This document shows, one piece after another, positions 51,867 through 54,466 of a stretch of 54,466 bases of DNA. The first letter of the stretch is position 1. Each line of letters starts with the position of its first letter. Both the position numbers and the translations under genes were made by a program. The notes under the pieces were generated by a model. That model did not search any database. It worked only from the letters and a program-made list of their open reading frames with translations, and was not told the DNA's origin. Origin of the DNA: an uncultured virus (IMG/VR IMGVR_UViG_3300009177_000001) (lineage: Duplodnaviria; Heunggongvirae; Uroviricota; Caudoviricetes). The stretch lies in IMG/VR virus record IMGVR_UViG_3300009177_000001; one strand, written 5' to 3'.

Positions 51867-52055
51867 CTACCCGCAGGCGTGGTACTGCTTCATGCACCGG
51901 CCGGGGCCGCGCCGAGCGCGCATGCACTCGCCCAGCTCCTTCTTGCAGGCCGCAGGCTTGTTGCGCATGCGCGCGGCCATCTTGCCGCCGCGCCGGCTCT
52001 TGCGTCGCGAGCCGAAGAGCCCCAGGAACTTCTTCCGTCGCTTCCGTCGTGCCAT
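51867..52055 (-). CDS. Protamine-like Cys-containing protein
   Basis: MARRKRRKKFLGLFGSRRK; TTGACA-18-TACGCT promoter 6 nt upstream. Confidence 0.65.
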   Translation of the reverse strand: MARRKRRKKFLGLFGSRRKSRRGGKMAARMRNKPAACKKELGECMRARRGPGRCMKQYHACG

Positions 52056-52179
52056 GCCAGGAGCGTACGCCTGGCTCGGCGCGCGTGTCAACTTGGTGTA
52101 GTAGCGGGGGCCGGCGTCGATCCGGCGTGGGCGGGCTTATGAGGCCCGCTCGGGAACCAATCCACCCTCCCCGCAGCAG

Positions 52180-54357
52180 TTACTCGTCGCTCTCGTCCTC
52201 CTCTTCGTCCTCGTCCGTCGTCCCCGTCGCCTCTTCGAGAGCTTCGACCACGGAGATCAGGTACTGCTCGTCCACGCCGGGGAACAGGCGGTAGGCGAGC
52301 ACCTCGAACTGCTTCGCGTCGAACAACTCCAGCGCTGGCGGCGTCTGGCCTGCAGCACCGAGCTTCACGCGCGCCTCGATCACGGCCTTCGCCACATCCG
52401 CCGGGTCCAGTAGCGGATCCGTGGCGCGCAGCTGTTGCACGTACGGCAGCAAGTACGGGCCGAACAGGATGTCGTCGCTCCACGGCGCGATCGCCTCGCG
52501 AACCTCTGCAGGATCGCGATCGCCGATGTCCCGGACCGTGTACACCACGGGCTCGGTGCCCTTCGTCTTCCCGCGCTTGCCCTTCGCCTTCGGGGCTGGT
52601 GCAGGCGCCACTTCAACCGGCGCGCCGTTGAACTGCACCGGTGCTGTCGCCGCGGGGGGGAACGACACGACGGCGGGCGCCACGACGACGGGCGGTGCAA
52701 CGGCAGGCGTCTCAGGTAGCGGCGCCGGCGGGAACGTGTGCGCCGCCCGCTTCTGCAGCTCGGCGAGCGACCTGCGCCACCCGTCGCGCGTCACGTCGGC
52801 ATGCGAGATCCGCTGGCCGTTGGAGAGCACGAACTCGTTTTTCGCCGCGTCGAACTCCGTGCCGGGCGGACGAACGCCGGTATCGTTGGCGTCCTGCTGC
52901 GGGGGCTGCGGCGCGATCGCCGGTGCGCCCGTGGTCATCGCGGGCTGCGGGATGCCACCGCCTGCCGTGCGCGCCACGCCGTTCGCCGTTGCGGGCATCG
53001 GCCGCTGCACGTACACCGGCCGCTGCTGCACGACGGGCTGCTGCGCCATGCGCTCCGACCGCTCGGCGAGCGCCGTGCCGATCACGCTGGCCTTTTCGAG
53101 CGCCTGCGACGCCACGCTCACCCACGCGGGCTGGTTGCCCTCGCCGGCGACGTCGAGCAACTGCTGGAACACGACCTTCTGCGTGTCCATCGCCTCGCGC
53201 ATGGCGGAGACGAGCGCGCGCGCGCCCTCCGCGCCGGCGCCCTGCGACTGCTGCATGAGCTGCGCGATCTGCATCGGCGACATCACGGAGCTGGAGAGCT
53301 GCTGCAGCATCTGCTGCGTCTGCCGCTCCGACGCCAGTGACGCCGTGGACATCGCGCTCTGGATCGACTTCACCGCCTCCATCGCTCCGGCCTGCTGCTG
53401 CGTGAACATCTGCATCAGCATCGGCATCATCGGATCGGTCTTCGGGGCTGCGTCGCGCATCAGCCGCTCGAACTTGTCGTTGATGGCCTGCAACTCGATG
53501 CGGTGGCGCTCCTCGCGGCGCTGCTCCTCCTCGCGCCGGCGAGCCTCACGCTCGGCTTCCTCACGGCGGTGCTTCTCGTCTTCGAGCTGACGCTCCAGCC
53601 GCAGCTGCTCCGGGCTCGGGCCGGTCGGCTTCGCCGTGATCTCCTTGATGAGCGCCTCGAAGCGCTGCTGCTGTTGCTCCATGCGGCGCTCCGTCGCCTC
53701 GGCCTGCGCACGCATTTCGTGGCGTAGGGTTTCTTCGGCGCGCTGGCGGCGCTCCTCGGCGAGCTGCGCTTCGAGACGCTTCGTCGAATCGTCCTGCACG
53801 GGGTAGCCGCCCCAGCCGCCCTGCTGCGGCGGCCAGTTCCACGGCGTGGCGTTGGCGGGAACGGCCTGGAGGTGCGCGGCGGCAGCAGGCGGCTGCTCGG
53901 GGAACGGATCGCCTTCGTTCCAGTTGTAGATCTTGCGCCACGGCGTCGTGAGAGTGTGCATCACCGGGTTGTAAAAGAACCCGTGGCCGAGGTGTACGAC
54001 GCCTTCGCCTGTCGGCGGCAAGCCTGCGGGAGGAAGTGTGGGACCCTGTTGTCCTGGCATCGGGGAGAACTCCTGCGGTTGATCCGGGCCGAGCTTCACC
54101 ATCCACTTGTCCTCGCCCGAGCCCCCAGCGTCCACCACGTCGAAGCGGTAGTACCCCGGGCCGTGCTTCAGCGGCAGCTCGACCTGAAGACCGTAGACCT
54201 GCTCCTTCGACATCGTCTGCGTCGCCACGACGGAGACGCCGGGCGTGTTCCGCGCGTTCTGGTGCTTCGTCACGGTGACGATGCAGCCGGTAAAGCTGTT
54301 GATCTTCGATGCGTCCGGGGCGGACTTCAGGAGCGGCTCAAGCGTGGAGACGGCCAT
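52180..54357 (-). CDS. Large Pro/Gln-rich coiled-coil protein
   Basis: 725 aa; central E/R/Q coiled coil; acidic tail. Confidence 0.75.
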   Translation of the reverse strand: MAVSTLEPLLKSAPDASKINSFTGCIVTVTKHQNARNTPGVSVVATQTMSKEQVYGLQVELPLKHGPGYYRFDVVDAGGSGEDKWMVKLGPDQPQEFSPMPGQQGPTLPPAGLPPTGEGVVHLGHGFFYNPVMHTLTTPWRKIYNWNEGDPFPEQPPAAAAHLQAVPANATPWNWPPQQGGWGGYPVQDDSTKRLEAQLAEERRQRAEETLRHEMRAQAEATERRMEQQQQRFEALIKEITAKPTGPSPEQLRLERQLEDEKHRREEAEREARRREEEQRREERHRIELQAINDKFERLMRDAAPKTDPMMPMLMQMFTQQQAGAMEAVKSIQSAMSTASLASERQTQQMLQQLSSSVMSPMQIAQLMQQSQGAGAEGARALVSAMREAMDTQKVVFQQLLDVAGEGNQPAWVSVASQALEKASVIGTALAERSERMAQQPVVQQRPVYVQRPMPATANGVARTAGGGIPQPAMTTGAPAIAPQPPQQDANDTGVRPPGTEFDAAKNEFVLSNGQRISHADVTRDGWRRSLAELQKRAAHTFPPAPLPETPAVAPPVVVAPAVVSFPPAATAPVQFNGAPVEVAPAPAPKAKGKRGKTKGTEPVVYTVRDIGDRDPAEVREAIAPWSDDILFGPYLLPYVQQLRATDPLLDPADVAKAVIEARVKLGAAGQTPPALELFDAKQFEVLAYRLFPGVDEQYLISVVEALEEATGTTDEDEEEDESDE

Positions 54358-54466
54358 GGGGTGTTACTACACGGCACGGTCGCCTTGCCGTCAAGAGCCA
54401 TTCGCTTGACGCTGGACCCTCAGCACGGCATTCTGGCGTCTTGAGCTGCTCAGCCTGTGGCCACGA

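Noticed and set aside
54371..54390. CGGCACG...TTGC as a ninth sigma-54 promoter
   Set aside because: GG-GC spacing is 12 rather than 10

Overview
High-GC, gene-dense window that looks like part of a dsDNA bacterial virus genome, probably from a Myxococcota-like host (inferred from the sigma-54 promoters and a myxobacterial-style Cys-rich lipoprotein). No terminase, portal, tape measure, integrase or DNA polymerase is recognisable. The window has three modules. (1) A putative virion module (about 1.7-26 kb and 50.4-54.4 kb) contains a collagen-like 1829-aa fibre, a candidate beta-rich major capsid protein, many small membrane-anchored and protamine-like proteins, a lytic transglycosylase and a transglutaminase-like Cys enzyme. 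This suggests a tailless, membrane-containing virus. (2) A glycosylation/modification cluster (24-34.8 kb plus 1-4.2 kb) has about 6 glycosyltransferase genes, methyltransferases, a WbpB-like dehydrogenase and a radical SAM protein. (3) A divergent early/accessory region (34.8-50.4 kb) has AAA-VWA, Toprim and many small ORFs. The most striking content is non-coding regulation. Four covarying attenuator leaders (conserved antiterminator hairpin overlapping a terminator) precede structural operons. Eight sigma-54-type promoters precede early genes. A shared ACACGCCA(A)TG translation-start motif occurs on nine early genes, and an intergenic hairpin RNA displays the antisense of that motif in its loop. 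All product calls come from motifs recognised by eye; no database search was run.
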